DNA from: Sphingobium sp.
GTDB taxonomy: Bacteria > Pseudomonadota > Alphaproteobacteria > Sphingomonadales > Sphingomonadaceae
Assembly (NCBI GenBank): GCA_035654015.1
Contig: DASRXX010000001.1
Coordinates: forward strand, 3,355 to 67,354
Direction: 5' to 3'
DNA: 64,000 bases
The translations under genes were made by a program, and so were the position numbers. The notes under the pieces were generated by a model. It did not search any database. It saw only the letters and a list, made by a program, of their open reading frames with translations, and was not told where the DNA came from. Shown here in pieces: positions 33,167 to 44,223 of this stretch (the stretch's first letter is position 1; the number at the start of each line of letters is the position of its first letter).

Positions 33167-35571
33167 AGTTCACCCTGTCCTGGCTCAAGGACCATCTTGA
33201 AACCGCGGCCTCGCTCGATGCCGTGCTGGCTGCGCTCACCGACATTGGCCTGGAGGTGGAGGGCGTAGAGAACCCGGCGGAGAAGCTCGCCGGCTTCCGC
33301 ATCGCCAGGGTCATCTCTGCCGCGCCGCACCCGCAGGCGGACAAGTTGCAGGTGTTGAGCGTCGATGCCGGTGACGGGCCGATGCAGGTCGTGTGCGGCG
33401 CGCCCAATGCCCGCGCCGGCCTTGTTGGTGTGTTCGGCGCGCCGGGCGCCACCGTGCCCGCCAACGGCATGGTGCTGCGCGTTGCGGCGATTCGCGGGGT
33501 CGAATCGAACGGGATGATGTGCTCGACCCGCGAGCTCGAACTGGGCGAGGATCATGAGGGCATCATAGAGCTTCCCGGCGAGGCGCCAGTCGGCGCCGCC
33601 TTTGCGAACTATGCCGGGCTGGATGATCCGGTCATCGACGTCTCGATTACCCCCAACCGGCAGGATTGTATGGGTGTGCGCGGCATCGCTCGCGACCTTG
33701 CCGCCAAGGGGCTGGGTACATTGAAGCCGCTGGAGACCGTCTTTGCCGCCTTGCCCACGGTGGTGCCGCAGGGTGCCGGGCCGGACGTGCGCACGGACGA
33801 TCCCGAGGGCTGCCCCGCTTTCTACGCGCGCGCGGTGCGTGGCGTCGCCAATGGTGCTTCGCCCGAGTGGATGCAGCGCCGTCTGAAGGCGATCGGCCAG
33901 AAGCCGATCAGCGCGCTCGTCGATATCACCAACCATGTGATGATCGACCTAGGCCGGCCGTTGCACGTCTATGACATGGCGACGCTGGCCGGCGGTCTCG
34001 TGGCGCGCAAGGCGCAAGCGGGCGAGGAGGTGCTGGCGCTTAACGGGAAAAGTTATGCGCTGACCCCGACCATGACAGTCATCGCCGACGCTACTGGCGC
34101 GCACGATATTGGCGGCATCATGGGAGGCGAGCGCAGCGGCGCGCAAGAGTCGACGCGCGACGTGTTGATCGAATGCGCCTATTTCACGCCGGAAAGCATC
34201 GCGCGCACCGGGCAGGCGCTCAGCCTCACCTCGGATGCGCGCCAGCGCTTCGAGCGGGGGGTCGATCCCGCTTTTCTCGACGACGGACTGGAGATCGCGA
34301 CGCGGCTGGTGCTGGCACTATGCGGCGGCACGCCCAGCGAGGTGACGCGCGCCGGGACCCCACCGCTGGAGCCACGCACGCTGGCCTACGATCCGGCGCG
34401 CTGCGCCTCGCTCGCCGGGATCGACGTGCCTCCGGCGCGTCAGCGCGACATTCTCCAGCGGCTGGGCTTCGTCGTATCGGATGATCCTTCGGACATTGAG
34501 TGGCAAATCACCGTGCCGACCTGGCGCCGCGATATTGGCGGTCAGGCCGATCTGGTCGAGGAAGTCGTCCGCATCGAGGGGCTGGGCAAGGTGCCGTCGG
34601 TGCCGCTGCCGCGCGCGCCCGGCGTCGCGAAGCGCACTGCCACGCCGCTGCAACTGATCGAGCGCCGCCTGCGCCGGGCGGCCGCTGCGCGCGGGCTCAA
34701 CGAGGCGATCAACTGGTCCTTCATCTCCGAGGCGGAGGCCGCGTCGTTCGGTGGCGGGGACTGGGTGCTTGCCAACCCGATCAGCGAGGACATGAAGGTG
34801 TTGCGGCCGACGCTGCTCGCGGGCCTGCTCTCGGCGGCGAGGCGCAATGCCGATCGCGGCGCCGCGTCGATCCGGCTGTTCGAGCTGGGCCGACGCTATT
34901 TCCGCAATGCTGACGGCTCGTCGGACGAATATCCGACGCTCGGCCTCGTCATGGCAGGTGAGGCGCGCCCGCGCGGCTGGCAACGGGGCAAGGCTCAGGG
35001 CTTCGACGCCTTCGCCATCAAGGCTGAGGTGGAGGCGTTGCTCGCCGCCGCCGGGGCGCCGGTTGGCCGGTTGCAGGTGATGGATGGGGCGGGTGATGCG
35101 TACCATCCCGGTCAATCCGCCACGCTGCGGCTCGGCGCCAAAACGGTGCTCGCTCGCTTCGGCGTGCTCCACCCGCGCCTTGCGCGTGCTTTCGATCTAG
35201 ACGGTACGGTGGTCGCGGCGGAGATCCATCTCGATGCTATTCCGCAGGCGAACAAGAGCGGCTTCATGCGCCCGCCCTACGCGCCGCCCGCGTTGCAGGC
35301 GGTGACGCGCGATTTCGCTTTCCTCGCGCCAGAGGCGCTGGCGGCAGACGCGCTGGTCCGTGCGATTCGAGGCGCCGACAAGGTGGCCATCACCGATGCG
35401 CGGGTGTTCGACCTGTTTGCCGGGCAGGGAGTGCCGGAGGGGCAGAAGAGCCTCGCCGTCGAGGTTACCCTGCAGCCGGGCGACAAGAGCTTTGGCGAAG
35501 CGGACCTCAAGGCCATCGCTGACCGCATCGTTGCCGCCGCAGCCAAGCAGGGTGCCACGCTGCGGGGGTAG
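33163..35571 (+). CDS. pheT: Phenylalanine--tRNA ligase beta subunit
   Basis: ATGA overlap; [32 protein letters not shown]-terminal anticodon-binding domain. Confidence 0.98.
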   Translation: MKFTLSWLKDHLETAASLDAVLAALTDIGLEVEGVENPAEKLAGFRIARVISAAPHPQADKLQVLSVDAGDGPMQVVCGAPNARAGLVGVFGAPGATVPANGMVLRVAAIRGVESNGMMCSTRELELGEDHEGIIELPGEAPVGAAFANYAGLDDPVIDVSITPNRQDCMGVRGIARDLAAKGLGTLKPLETVFAALPTVVPQGAGPDVRTDDPEGCPAFYARAVRGVANGASPEWMQRRLKAIGQKPISALVDITNHVMIDLGRPLHVYDMATLAGGLVARKAQAGEEVLALNGKSYALTPTMTVIADATGAHDIGGIMGGERSGAQESTRDVLIECAYFTPESIARTGQALSLTSDARQRFERGVDPAFLDDGLEIATRLVLALCGGTPSEVTRAGTPPLEPRTLAYDPARCASLAGIDVPPARQRDILQRLGFVVSDDPSDIEWQITVPTWRRDIGGQADLVEEVVRIEGLGKVPSVPLPRAPGVAKRTATPLQLIERRLRRAAAARGLNEAINWSFISEAEAASFGGGDWVLANPISEDMKVLRPTLLAGLLSAARRNADRGAASIRLFELGRRYFRNADGSSDEYPTLGLVMAGEARPRGWQRGKAQGFDAFAIKAEVEALLAAAGAPVGRLQVMDGAGDAYHPGQSATLRLGAKTVLARFGVLHPRLARAFDLDGTVVAAEIHLDAIPQANKSGFMRPPYAPPALQAVTRDFAFLAPEALAADALVRAIRGADKVAITDARVFDLFAGQGVPEGQKSLAVEVTLQPGDKSFGEADLKAIADRIVAAAAKQGATLRG

Positions 35572-35665
35572 AGCGCCGCCTCCGATGGGCGCCGCACCTA
35601 TCGTGACCGACCTTGGTTTGGCGCAAATCCCCGTGCTCCTGTCTCCGCAGGACCACGGCGGCGAC

Positions 35666-36193
35666 CTACTTCCCCCCTGCGCTCGCCACTGCCTTGCATT
35701 TGCGCATCTGGGCCAATCCGCGCAAATAGCCGCGCCGCGCGATCCCCGCGCTGATCGCCGAGGCCTTGCGGCGCTCGGCCGGCGCTGCCCCCGAAATCTC
35801 GCGGACTAGCCCGCGGAACGGGATGAGCGTGTTTACCAGCATTTCGCCGCCGGCCAGCGCCAGGCGTTCGGCCTTGTCCTCATTGGCCTTGGCGTTGTCG
35901 TCGAAATCCGGCCCGAGCGCGCTATTGAGCTTTGCTAGGTCGGCATTGATAGCCGCGCAACGCCCGTCGCCGGCGGGCGCATAGGGTGCCTTGAGCGCCT
36001 CCTGCAACATTGGGTCGATACTCGTCCTGGCGATACCGACATCGCGCGCCGGCTGAGTGGCCACCCGTTCCACCTCGGATGGTTTACCGCCCTTCTCCAC
36101 GTCTCGATCCTGAGCCCACGCCGACGAGATGCTGGACACTGGCAGTATCGCTCCGGCCAGTGCGAGCAGGACGATGCTGGCCGACCACGTCAT
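35666..36193 (-). CDS. Hypothetical exported protein
   Basis: Signal-peptide-like N-terminus ending AWA-Q; ELNSALGPDFD-like and TLIPFRGLVREISGA segments; two Cys. Start could be 36193 or 36238. Confidence 0.7.
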   Translation of the reverse strand: MTWSASIVLLALAGAILPVSSISSAWAQDRDVEKGGKPSEVERVATQPARDVGIARTSIDPMLQEALKAPYAPAGDGRCAAINADLAKLNSALGPDFDDNAKANEDKAERLALAGGEMLVNTLIPFRGLVREISGAAPAERRKASAISAGIARRGYLRGLAQMRKCKAVASAGGK

Positions 36194-36321
36194 GTGGCGT
36201 ATCGGCGCGCTCCGCCGATCGGATAACTTGCGGTACATCGCTCTGTTTCCCTATAGGGCGCGGGTGCGGCCGCCTCCCATACAATGCGCCGTATGCCGTT
36301 CCGATCCAGCCTGGACCTCGC

Positions 36322-37902
36322 ATGACCCTCCCATCTCGCCGTACCTTCGCGATCATCGCCCATCCTGACGCTGGCAAGACCACGCTCACCGAGAAGCTGC
36401 TGCTCGCCGGTGGCGCGATCCATCTTGCAGGCGAGGTCAAGGCGCGCGGTGCGAATCGGCGCGCTCGCTCGGACTGGCTGAAGATTGAGCAGCAACGTGG
36501 CATCTCCGTCACCTCGTCAGTCATGACCTTCGAGCGCACCGATGCGAATGGCGATATCGTTACCTTCAACCTGCTCGATACGCCGGGGCACGAGGATTTC
36601 TCGGAAGACACCTACCGTACGCTGACCGCCGTCGACTCGGCGATCATGGTGATCGACGCGGCCAAGGGCATCGAACCGCAGACGCGCAAGCTGTTCGAGG
36701 TGTGCCGGCTGCGCTCGGTGCCGATCATCACCTTCATCAACAAGGTGGATCGCGAAGGGCGCGATCCCTTTGCACTGCTCGACGAGGTGGCGGACGCGCT
36801 GGCGCTGGACGTGTGCCCGATGAGCTGGCCGGTCGGCATGGGCGGTGCGTTCGAAGGCATCTATGATTTCGCCACCCACCGTCTTTTCCAGCCGGGTGGG
36901 CCGAGCAAGGAGTGCGACGGCCGCTTCGTCCAGCTTACCGGGCTGGACGACCCCAGCCTGGCAGAACGGCTCTCGCCGGAGGGCCTCGCCCAGCTACGCG
37001 AGGAGGCCGAATTGGCACAGGGCGGCTATGCCTCGTTCGATCTCGCCGCCTATCGCCATGGTGATCTGACCCCGGTCTATTTCGGCTCGGCGCTCAAGAA
37101 TTTCGGCATTGTTGAGCTGATCGAGGCGATCTCCGCTTATGCCCCGCCTCCGCGCCCGCAGCCGGCCGAGCCGGGCCCGGTGGACCCAGAGCGTGGCGAC
37201 GTCACCGGCTTCATCTTCAAAGTGCAGGCCAATATGGATCCTCAGCACCGTGATCGCATTGCGTTCATGCGCCTGTGCTCGGGCAGGTTCCGGCGCGGCA
37301 TGAAGCTGACCCCATCCGGTGCCGGCAAGCCCATCGCTATCCATTCGCCGATCCTGTTCTTTGCGCAGGACCGTGAGATCGCGGACGAGGCATTCCCCGG
37401 TGACATCATTGGCATCCCCAACCATGGCACGCTGCGGGTGGGCGACAGTCTTTCCGAGAAGGCGGACGTGCGCTTCACGGGGCTGCCCAACTTCGCGCCT
37501 GAAATCCTACGCCGGATTGCACTGAACGATCCGACCAAGACCAAGCAACTGCGCAAGGCGCTCGATGATCTGAGCGAAGAGGGCGTCATCCAGGTTTTCT
37601 ATCCCGAGATCGGCAGCCAGTGGATCATCGGCGTGGTCGGCCAACTCCAGCTCGATGTGCTCGTCTCGCGGCTCGAAGCGGAATATAAGGTGGGGGCCGC
37701 GCTGGAGGCGGCACCTTACGACACCGCCCGCTGGCTAACCGGCGACACGGCGACGATCGAGGCATTTGCCGCCATCAACCGCTCCAATATGGCCCGCGAC
37801 CGCGACGACAACCCGGTCTTCCTCGCGCGATCCGCTTGGGACGTCGGCTATCAGGTCGAGCGCAACCCGGAGATTGCGTTCAACGCGACGCGCGAGCGCT
37901 AG
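36322..37902 (+). CDS. prfC: Peptide chain release factor 3
   Basis: RRTFAIIAHPDAGKTT, DTPGHEDFSEDTYR, NKVD. Confidence 0.97.
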   Translation: MTLPSRRTFAIIAHPDAGKTTLTEKLLLAGGAIHLAGEVKARGANRRARSDWLKIEQQRGISVTSSVMTFERTDANGDIVTFNLLDTPGHEDFSEDTYRTLTAVDSAIMVIDAAKGIEPQTRKLFEVCRLRSVPIITFINKVDREGRDPFALLDEVADALALDVCPMSWPVGMGGAFEGIYDFATHRLFQPGGPSKECDGRFVQLTGLDDPSLAERLSPEGLAQLREEAELAQGGYASFDLAAYRHGDLTPVYFGSALKNFGIVELIEAISAYAPPPRPQPAEPGPVDPERGDVTGFIFKVQANMDPQHRDRIAFMRLCSGRFRRGMKLTPSGAGKPIAIHSPILFFAQDREIADEAFPGDIIGIPNHGTLRVGDSLSEKADVRFTGLPNFAPEILRRIALNDPTKTKQLRKALDDLSEEGVIQVFYPEIGSQWIIGVVGQLQLDVLVSRLEAEYKVGAALEAAPYDTARWLTGDTATIEAFAAINRSNMARDRDDNPVFLARSAWDVGYQVERNPEIAFNATRER

Positions 37903-37991
37903 GAAGAATGCTAGCTGGCATTGTTTTGCCCGGTGATGTGCTACGAAGGTCCCGCGAAAGCAGGGCACATTGCCTTCGCCAGTCCAGACTT

Positions 37992-38147
37992 CTACCCCGT
38001 CGGCCCCTCGTCGTCGTCGATGAGGATACGCATCGCCGCGCCGTCCGGGTCGTCATATTGCCCCGCGCGCAGCGACCAGAGGAACGCCACCAACCCGCCC
38101 AGGCTTAACAGCAGCGCCAGCGGAATGAGGATCAGCAGCCCGTTCAC
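37992..38147 (-). CDS. ccoS: cbb3-type oxidase assembly protein CcoS/FixS
   Basis: Not in the ORF track; GTG overlaps the ccoI stop; translated by hand as MNGLLILIPLALLLSLGGLVAFLWSLRAGQYDDPDGAAMRILIDDD. Confidence 0.92.
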   Translation of the reverse strand: MNGLLILIPLALLLSLGGLVAFLWSLRAGQYDDPDGAAMRILIDDDEGPTG

Positions 38148-40294
38148 TTGACGGCCGAGCGCAGGCGCAGTGAGTTGGCGACGACGATCAGCGAGCTGGT
38201 GGACATCGCCACGGCGGCGATCAGCGGCGTCACCTTGCCGGCCATGGCGAGTGGCACGGCGAACACGTTATAGGTGATCGCTAGCGCCAGATTTTCGCGC
38301 ACTACCCCCATCGCCGCCCGGGCAGCGCGGACCGCGCGGGGGAGGCCGAGCAGGCTGTCGCCGAGGAAAACGATGTCGGCCGCCTGCTGCCCCACGTCGC
38401 TCGCCGAAGCCGGCGCCATGGAGACATGGGCGGTAGCCAGCGCGGGGCCGTCATTGAGGCCGTCCCCGATCATCAGCGGGTGGCGCCCGGCCGCGATCTC
38501 ACCTTCCAGCACCGCCATCTTGTCGGCGGGCCGCATGTTGCCTTCGCCGGGTATGCCGAGCTGGCGGGCCACCGTGCCGACCGCATCGCTTCGGTCGCCG
38601 GACATGATCCGCGCCGGCAGGCCGAGCTCCGCAAGCTGCGTCAGGGCGTCCGCCGCGTCCGGTCGCAGCGCGTCGGCGAAGCGGACGATGATAGGTGCGT
38701 CCCCCCCCAGATCGAGCGCCACGGCGGCGCGATCGTCGTCCGCTTCGGCTGCCAGCTCCGATTCGCGTGGTCGCCGCATGGCGACCGCCCGCCCCTCATG
38801 GCGGGCTGAAACGCCCTCGCCCGGCGACTCGACAACGTCCTCCAGCGGCGCGGCGCTCACGCCAAGTCCGACCAACGCCTGTCGCAGCGCGATCGCCAGC
38901 GGGTGCCGGCTCGCCGTGGCGAGCGCCAGCGCGATCGGCCGCTGAGCCTCCGGGATGGTCGCTGCGCCCTCCGCGGTGGGTCGGCCGAGCGTCAGCGTGC
39001 CGGTCTTGTCGAGCAGCAATATATCCGCCTGGGCCAGCCGTTCGAGCGCGCTGCCGTCCTTCACCAGCAGGCCCTTGCCCATCATCGTGCCGGAGACGAC
39101 CACCTGCGCCACCGGTACGGCCAGGCCGAGCGCGCAGGGACAGGTTATGATGAGCACGGCGATGGCGACAAGGATGGACTGGTGCCAGCCCGCCCCAGAG
39201 AGCATCCAGCCGGCAAAGCTCAGGCCTGCGAGCGTGTGCACGACCGGCGCGTAGAGCCGCGAGAGCCGGTCGGCGAGCCGCACATAGCGCGACTTGCCCT
39301 GGCTCGCGCTGTCCATCAGCCGGGCAATTTCGGCGATGGCGCGGGCCTCTCCCACAGCCGTCACCCGCAGCGTCACCGGCGCATCGAGGTTGAGGGTGCC
39401 GGCCGCTGCCGTATCGCCCTCGCCCAGCGTCACCGGGGCGCTCTCCCCGGTCAGCAGCGAGAGATCGAACCGGCTGCGTCCGTTCGCAATGACGCCGTCC
39501 GCCGCCAGCCGCTCGCCGGCCACCACCAGTACCCGGTCGCCCACCGCTAGGTCGTCCGCCCCCACCCACTGGCTAGAGCCGTCCTCGGCGAGGCGCATCG
39601 CCCCGGTCGCGGTGCGACGTACCAGAGCCTCGGCGCCGCTCGCCGCGCGGCCACGCATCATTTCGTCGAGCACGCGGCCGGCTAGCAGGAAGGCAAGCAG
39701 AGTAAGTGCGCCGTCGAACCAGGCGTGCTCGCCGTCGACGATGGTCTCGTAGAGGCTCATCGACGTCGCCAGCAGCACGCCGATGGAGATGGGCACGTCC
39801 ATATTGGTGGTGCCAGCGCGCAGGGCCTTCCATGCGGAGGCGAAGAAGGGCCGCCCGGCATAAGCGACGGCTGGAATGGCGATCGCGGCCGAGATCCAGT
39901 GGAACAGGTGGCGCGAGCTGCCGTCCGCGCCGGACCAGATGGAGACGGACAGCAGCATGACGTTCATCGCCGCGAAGGCCGCGACGGCGAGCGCCCGGAT
40001 CAGCGGCGTCAGCGCCTGCCCCCTTTGGGACGCGGCGGCGCTGTGCAGCGCCTGCGCCTCGAAGCCGATACTGTCGAAGGCGCGGATGAGGTCCGGCTCG
40101 GAAAGGGTGGGGCCGTGGCTCACCGCTACAGTGCGTGAGGAGAAGTTGACCCGCGCGGCGCGCACGCCCGGCTGCTGCGGCAGCAGCCGCTCAATCTTGG
40201 CGATGCAGCCCGCGCAGTGCATGTCCGGCACCGCGAAGCGCGTCTCCACGGCCCCACCGTCCAGGCCTTCGTCGGTGAGCGCCGCGACGGTCAT
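38144..40294 (-). CDS. ccoI: Heavy-metal (Cu) P1B-type ATPase CcoI/FixI
   Basis: N-terminal MHCAGC, TGES, CPCALG, DKTGT, GDGLND. Confidence 0.96.
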   Translation of the reverse strand: MTVAALTDEGLDGGAVETRFAVPDMHCAGCIAKIERLLPQQPGVRAARVNFSSRTVAVSHGPTLSEPDLIRAFDSIGFEAQALHSAAASQRGQALTPLIRALAVAAFAAMNVMLLSVSIWSGADGSSRHLFHWISAAIAIPAVAYAGRPFFASAWKALRAGTTNMDVPISIGVLLATSMSLYETIVDGEHAWFDGALTLLAFLLAGRVLDEMMRGRAASGAEALVRRTATGAMRLAEDGSSQWVGADDLAVGDRVLVVAGERLAADGVIANGRSRFDLSLLTGESAPVTLGEGDTAAAGTLNLDAPVTLRVTAVGEARAIAEIARLMDSASQGKSRYVRLADRLSRLYAPVVHTLAGLSFAGWMLSGAGWHQSILVAIAVLIITCPCALGLAVPVAQVVVSGTMMGKGLLVKDGSALERLAQADILLLDKTGTLTLGRPTAEGAATIPEAQRPIALALATASRHPLAIALRQALVGLGVSAAPLEDVVESPGEGVSARHEGRAVAMRRPRESELAAEADDDRAAVALDLGGDAPIIVRFADALRPDAADALTQLAELGLPARIMSGDRSDAVGTVARQLGIPGEGNMRPADKMAVLEGEIAAGRHPLMIGDGLNDGPALATAHVSMAPASASDVGQQAADIVFLGDSLLGLPRAVRAARAAMGVVRENLALAITYNVFAVPLAMAGKVTPLIAAVAMSTSSLIVVANSLRLRSAVK

Positions 40295-40764
40295 TGCACG
40301 TCGACGATCTTGTTCATCGTCCCGCCGTGGGCCTCGGCGCGCAGGTGGACGATCCAGCGGCCGACCGGCAACGGCTCCAGGCTCTCATAATGGCCGTTGC
40401 CTAGCGTGCGGAAAGTCAGCGTCAGCTCCGGCATGCGGCCGAGTGGATGCCGCGCCCGCGCGGTGATGTGCGCATCGGTCATCGGCGTGCCCGCGCTGGC
40501 TAGCGTCGCCATTAGCCGCTTGTCGGGCCCGCGCATTGCCTCGAGTGACCAGCCCAGCGCCTTTTCCTCACGCGCCTTCTCCAGCCATCCGTTGAACTTC
40601 TGGCTCGCCACATAGCTGTTGTCGACGACCAGCCCGCCAAAGGTGGAGCTGGCAAACCAGGCCATGGTTAGGTTGACCGTCATCACCACGCCGAAAAAGG
40701 CGATGAAAATGGTGGCCATGGTCCGACCGGTGAATCTGCGTGGTCCGCTGGTCTTGCCCGTCAT
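40291..40764 (-). CDS. ccoH: CcoH/FixH protein
   Basis: FFGVVMTVNLTMAWFA, GLVVDNSYVASQKFN; position in the cluster. Confidence 0.92.
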   Translation of the reverse strand: MTGKTSGPRRFTGRTMATIFIAFFGVVMTVNLTMAWFASSTFGGLVVDNSYVASQKFNGWLEKAREEKALGWSLEAMRGPDKRLMATLASAGTPMTDAHITARARHPLGRMPELTLTFRTLGNGHYESLEPLPVGRWIVHLRAEAHGGTMNKIVDVQ

Positions 40765-42224
40765 TGTGCTTCCTCCGGCCTGACGAAGCTCTCGTCATCC
40801 TGCGCATTTTCCTCCGGCTTGTCGACAGCATGGAGGGTGAAGACGAAATCCTCCCGCGACGCGCCGTGCGCCGGGGCGACCACATAGATGCGCTCCTTGC
40901 GCACCTGGTCGGCCGGCACCTCGATCTTGATCGTGCGCGCCGCGTCCTCACGGCTGGCTCCCTCGGCCCACATCAGCCCGTGCGGCAGGCCGTTGAGCGT
41001 CACCGTCATGGTACGCGGCCGGCTTTCCATGTTGCTGAGCTTGACCAGATAGGCGTTGCGTATCGACCCGTCGGAGAGGCGCACATATTCGGGGTTGCGG
41101 TCGGCATCGGCGGAGAGGCTGAGGCGCGTGCGCGTGCCCAGCGTCAGCAGCATGGCGAGCCCGATGGCCGCCCACAGGCCGAAATAGACGAGCGTGCGGG
41201 GACGGAACAGCGTCCTGAGCACCGGCGTCGGCGTCTCGCCCCGCATCTCCTTTTCGCAGTCCAGCTCGGTCGCATAGTCGATGAGGCCGCGGGGCCGACC
41301 GATCTGGGCCATCACCCGGTCGCATGCGTCGATGCACAGCGCGCAGGTGATGCAGCCTATCTGCGGACCCTCGCGAATGTCGATGCCCGTCGGGCAGACC
41401 TGAACGCATTGCAGGCAGTCGATACAGTCGCCGGCCGGGATGCCATCCTCGGCCGCCTTTTTTAGCCCCTGGCTACGGGGTTCGCCGCGCCAGTGCTTGT
41501 AGGTGACCATCAGCGATTTCTCGTCGAGCATCGCGCTCTGGATGCGCGGCCACGGGCACATGTAGATGCACACCTGCTCCCGCATGAAACCGCCGAGGAT
41601 GAAGGTGGTCGCGGTCAACACCAGCGTGGTGGCATAGGCGGCGAAATGCGCCTGCCCGGTCCAGAAATCATGCTGGAGCGTCGGCGCGTCGGCGAAGTAA
41701 AAGATCCACGCGCCCCCGGTGAGGAAGGCGATGCCGAGCCACACCGCCCATTTGCGCAACCGTTTCCACAGCTTGCTGGCGGTCCACGGCGCCTTGTCGA
41801 GCTTGATCTGGGCGTTGCGGTCGCCGTCGAGAAAGCGCTCGACATGCTGGAACAGGTCGGTCCACACCGTCTGCGGGCAGGCATAGCCGCACCAGGCGCG
41901 CCCCACAGCGGAGGTGACGAGGAACAGGCCGACGCCCGCCATGATGAGCAGCCCGGCGATATAATAGAATTCCTGCGGCCAGATCTCGATGGCGAACATG
42001 TAGAAGCGCCGGTTGGCAAGGTCGACCAGCACCGCCTGATCGGGGGCGTGCGGCCCGCGGTCCCAGCGGATCCATGGCGTGCCCCAGTAGATGGCGAGGG
42101 TGACCGCCATCACCAGCCATTTGAAACGACGGAACGGGCCGTCGATCTGCTTGGGGAAGACGGCCTTGCGCTTTTCGTAGAGCCCGGAGGGCGATTTGCT
42201 CAGTTCAGTCACATCTTTGTCCAC
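40761..42224 (-). CDS. ccoG: CcoG/FixG cytochrome c oxidase accessory polyferredoxin
   Basis: GRAWCGYACPQT, CIYMCPWPRIQ, CIDCLQCVQVCPTG, CITCALCIDAC. Start is uncertain (GTG 42224 or ATG 42302). Confidence 0.94.
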   Translation of the reverse strand: MDKDVTELSKSPSGLYEKRKAVFPKQIDGPFRRFKWLVMAVTLAIYWGTPWIRWDRGPHAPDQAVLVDLANRRFYMFAIEIWPQEFYYIAGLLIMAGVGLFLVTSAVGRAWCGYACPQTVWTDLFQHVERFLDGDRNAQIKLDKAPWTASKLWKRLRKWAVWLGIAFLTGGAWIFYFADAPTLQHDFWTGQAHFAAYATTLVLTATTFILGGFMREQVCIYMCPWPRIQSAMLDEKSLMVTYKHWRGEPRSQGLKKAAEDGIPAGDCIDCLQCVQVCPTGIDIREGPQIGCITCALCIDACDRVMAQIGRPRGLIDYATELDCEKEMRGETPTPVLRTLFRPRTLVYFGLWAAIGLAMLLTLGTRTRLSLSADADRNPEYVRLSDGSIRNAYLVKLSNMESRPRTMTVTLNGLPHGLMWAEGASREDAARTIKIEVPADQVRKERIYVVAPAHGASREDFVFTLHAVDKPEENAQDDESFVRPEEAQ

Positions 42225-42346
42225 GTGGGAGCCTTGACCGCCGCGCTGGCGCCGGGGCACCAGCACGACAGCACTCGTCTTGCGAACGCGTCCCGAAGAC
42301 ATGGGCCAGTCCCGCTCGGCCGCGACGGCAACGCCGCCGCGTACAA

Positions 42347-43297
42347 TCAGGATGCCGCTGGCGTCTCCGCTGCGTTGTCGTTCCTCTCCACGTCCAAGGC
42401 CACCGACTCTGGCTCTGGTACCGGATTGGCCTCGCCCCCGCCCAACGCGTGGACATAGGCCGCCAGCATCTTGATCGTCACCGGATCGAGGCGATGGCCC
42501 CAGGCCGGCATCACGCCCTGGCGACCACCACCGATGGTTTCCGCCAGCGCTTGGCGATCGCCACCGAACAGCCAGATGCCGTCGGTCAGGTTCGGCGCGC
42601 CAAACTGGCGCAAGCCCTTGCCCTCCGGTCCGTGGCAGGCTGCGCAGTTGTCCGCGAAGAGCTGGGAGCCGCGCCGCGCCGAAGCACTCGGCTTCTCCTG
42701 CCCGCTGATGACGCGGACATGGGAGACGACGTCCTGCACCTGCGCCGGGTTCAGCATCTGGTCGCGGATGAAGGCCGGCATCATGCCGGCATGGGTTTCC
42801 GCCACGTCCGGGTTCCGCGCGCCATAGGTGATCGTATATTCGATCGCCTTGAGGTCGCCGCCCCACAGCCAGTCGTCGTCGTTGAGGTTGGGGTAGCCCT
42901 TGGAGCCGGCAGCGCCGGAGCCGTGACATTGCACGCAATGCACCTTGAAGGCCGCCGCGCCGCCCTGCACCGCCGCGCGCATCAGGTCCGGCCGGCCCGG
43001 TAGCTCCTCGATCGGCGTGGCGGCGATGGCGGAGAGAATCGGCGCCTTGCGCGCCGCGTCCGCCGCGATCTCCTTCTCCAGCGCGCCCCGGCTGCTCCAG
43101 TTCCACAGCCCCTTGCTGTTGTCGTTGAGCAGCGGGAAGGCCGGATAGACGATGACATAGCCGATGCAGAACACGATGCTGGCGTAGAAGGTCCACAGCC
43201 ACCAGCGCGGCATCGGCGTGTCGAGTTCCTCGATGCCGTCCCACTCGTGGCCCACGGTCTGCGTGCCGGTGGCCTCGTCGATGCGCTTCTCAGCCAT
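42347..43297 (-). CDS. ccoP: cbb3-type cytochrome c oxidase subunit III
   Basis: GHEWDGIEELDTPMPRWW; two CxxCH motifs (CVQCH, CAACH). Confidence 0.97.
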   Translation of the reverse strand: MAEKRIDEATGTQTVGHEWDGIEELDTPMPRWWLWTFYASIVFCIGYVIVYPAFPLLNDNSKGLWNWSSRGALEKEIAADAARKAPILSAIAATPIEELPGRPDLMRAAVQGGAAAFKVHCVQCHGSGAAGSKGYPNLNDDDWLWGGDLKAIEYTITYGARNPDVAETHAGMMPAFIRDQMLNPAQVQDVVSHVRVISGQEKPSASARRGSQLFADNCAACHGPEGKGLRQFGAPNLTDGIWLFGGDRQALAETIGGGRQGVMPAWGHRLDPVTIKMLAAYVHALGGGEANPVPEPESVALDVERNDNAAETPAAS

Positions 43298-43478
43298 GGC
43301 GCGTCTCCTCCTCGCCGGCAGCCAGTTCGTCCTCATCCGCGAAGATCATGGTCGCTGCCTGCTCGTTGCGGGCGCGCGCGCCGGGGCGGAAGGCCCAGCC
43401 GACCAGGGTGAGATAGACGATCAGCAGCGCGGCGAGCCCATAGCTGTCCGCGAAGTGACGCAGGTCGTTGTAGCTCAC
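43290..43478 (-). CDS. ccoQ: cbb3-type cytochrome c oxidase subunit IV
   Basis: [10 protein letters not shown]...[17 protein letters not shown]; position in the cluster. Confidence 0.93.
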   Translation of the reverse strand: MSYNDLRHFADSYGLAALLIVYLTLVGWAFRPGARARNEQAATMIFADEDELAAGEEETRHG

Positions 43479-44209
43479 CGCTGCACCTCCTGCGCCGCCG
43501 CGCTTTCGAAGTCGACGAGCGTGCCGAGCATCTGGAGATAGGCGACCAGCGCATCCATCTCGGTCAGGCGCGACGGGTTGCCGTCAAAGTCGCGCGTCTG
43601 AGCCTTGGGGTAGCGTTTGACGAGGTCGGCGCTGTCAGCGTCCGGGTCGGCCTGCGCGCGCAGGTCGGCATTGGCCTGGGCCAGATCCTCGGGGGTATAG
43701 GGCACGCCCACCTTGCGCAGCGCATTGAGATGCGCGCTCATGTCGCCGGCCTTGAGGTCGCGGTCGGCGAGGAAGGCATAGCCCGGCATGATCGATTCCG
43801 GCACGACGCTTCGCGGATCCTTGAGGTGCTGGACATGCCACTCGTCCGAGTAGCGCTTGCCGACGCGGGCGAGGTCGGGCCCGGTCCGCTTCGAGCCCCA
43901 TTGGAAGGGGTGGTCGTACATGCTCTCGGCGGCCAGGCTGTAGTGGCCGTAGCGCTCCACCTCGTCGCGGAACGGACGGATCATCTGGCTGTGGCAGGTG
44001 TAGCAGCCCTCGCGGATGTAGATGTTGCGCCCCGCCAGTTCGAGCGGCGTGTAGGGGCGCATGCCCTCCACCTTCTCGATCGTGTTGTCGATCCAGAAAA
44101 GAGGGGCGATCTCCACGATGCCGCCGATCGCCACGGCGATGAATGCGCTGATGCCGAGTAAGGTCACGTTGCGTTCGAGTTTGCGGTGCTTTTCAGCAAA
44201 GCTGGTCAT
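43475..44209 (-). CDS. ccoO: cbb3-type cytochrome c oxidase subunit II
   Basis: [30 protein letters not shown]. Confidence 0.98.
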   Translation of the reverse strand: MTSFAEKHRKLERNVTLLGISAFIAVAIGGIVEIAPLFWIDNTIEKVEGMRPYTPLELAGRNIYIREGCYTCHSQMIRPFRDEVERYGHYSLAAESMYDHPFQWGSKRTGPDLARVGKRYSDEWHVQHLKDPRSVVPESIMPGYAFLADRDLKAGDMSAHLNALRKVGVPYTPEDLAQANADLRAQADPDADSADLVKRYPKAQTRDFDGNPSRLTEMDALVAYLQMLGTLVDFESAAAQEVQR

Positions 44210-44223
44210 GATTCAGCGCGTCC

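Noticed and set aside
42225-43244. Apparent 827-aa ccoG with a long N-terminal extension over ccoP
   Set aside because: The extension overlaps bona fide ccoP in another frame and reads as GC shadow sequence.
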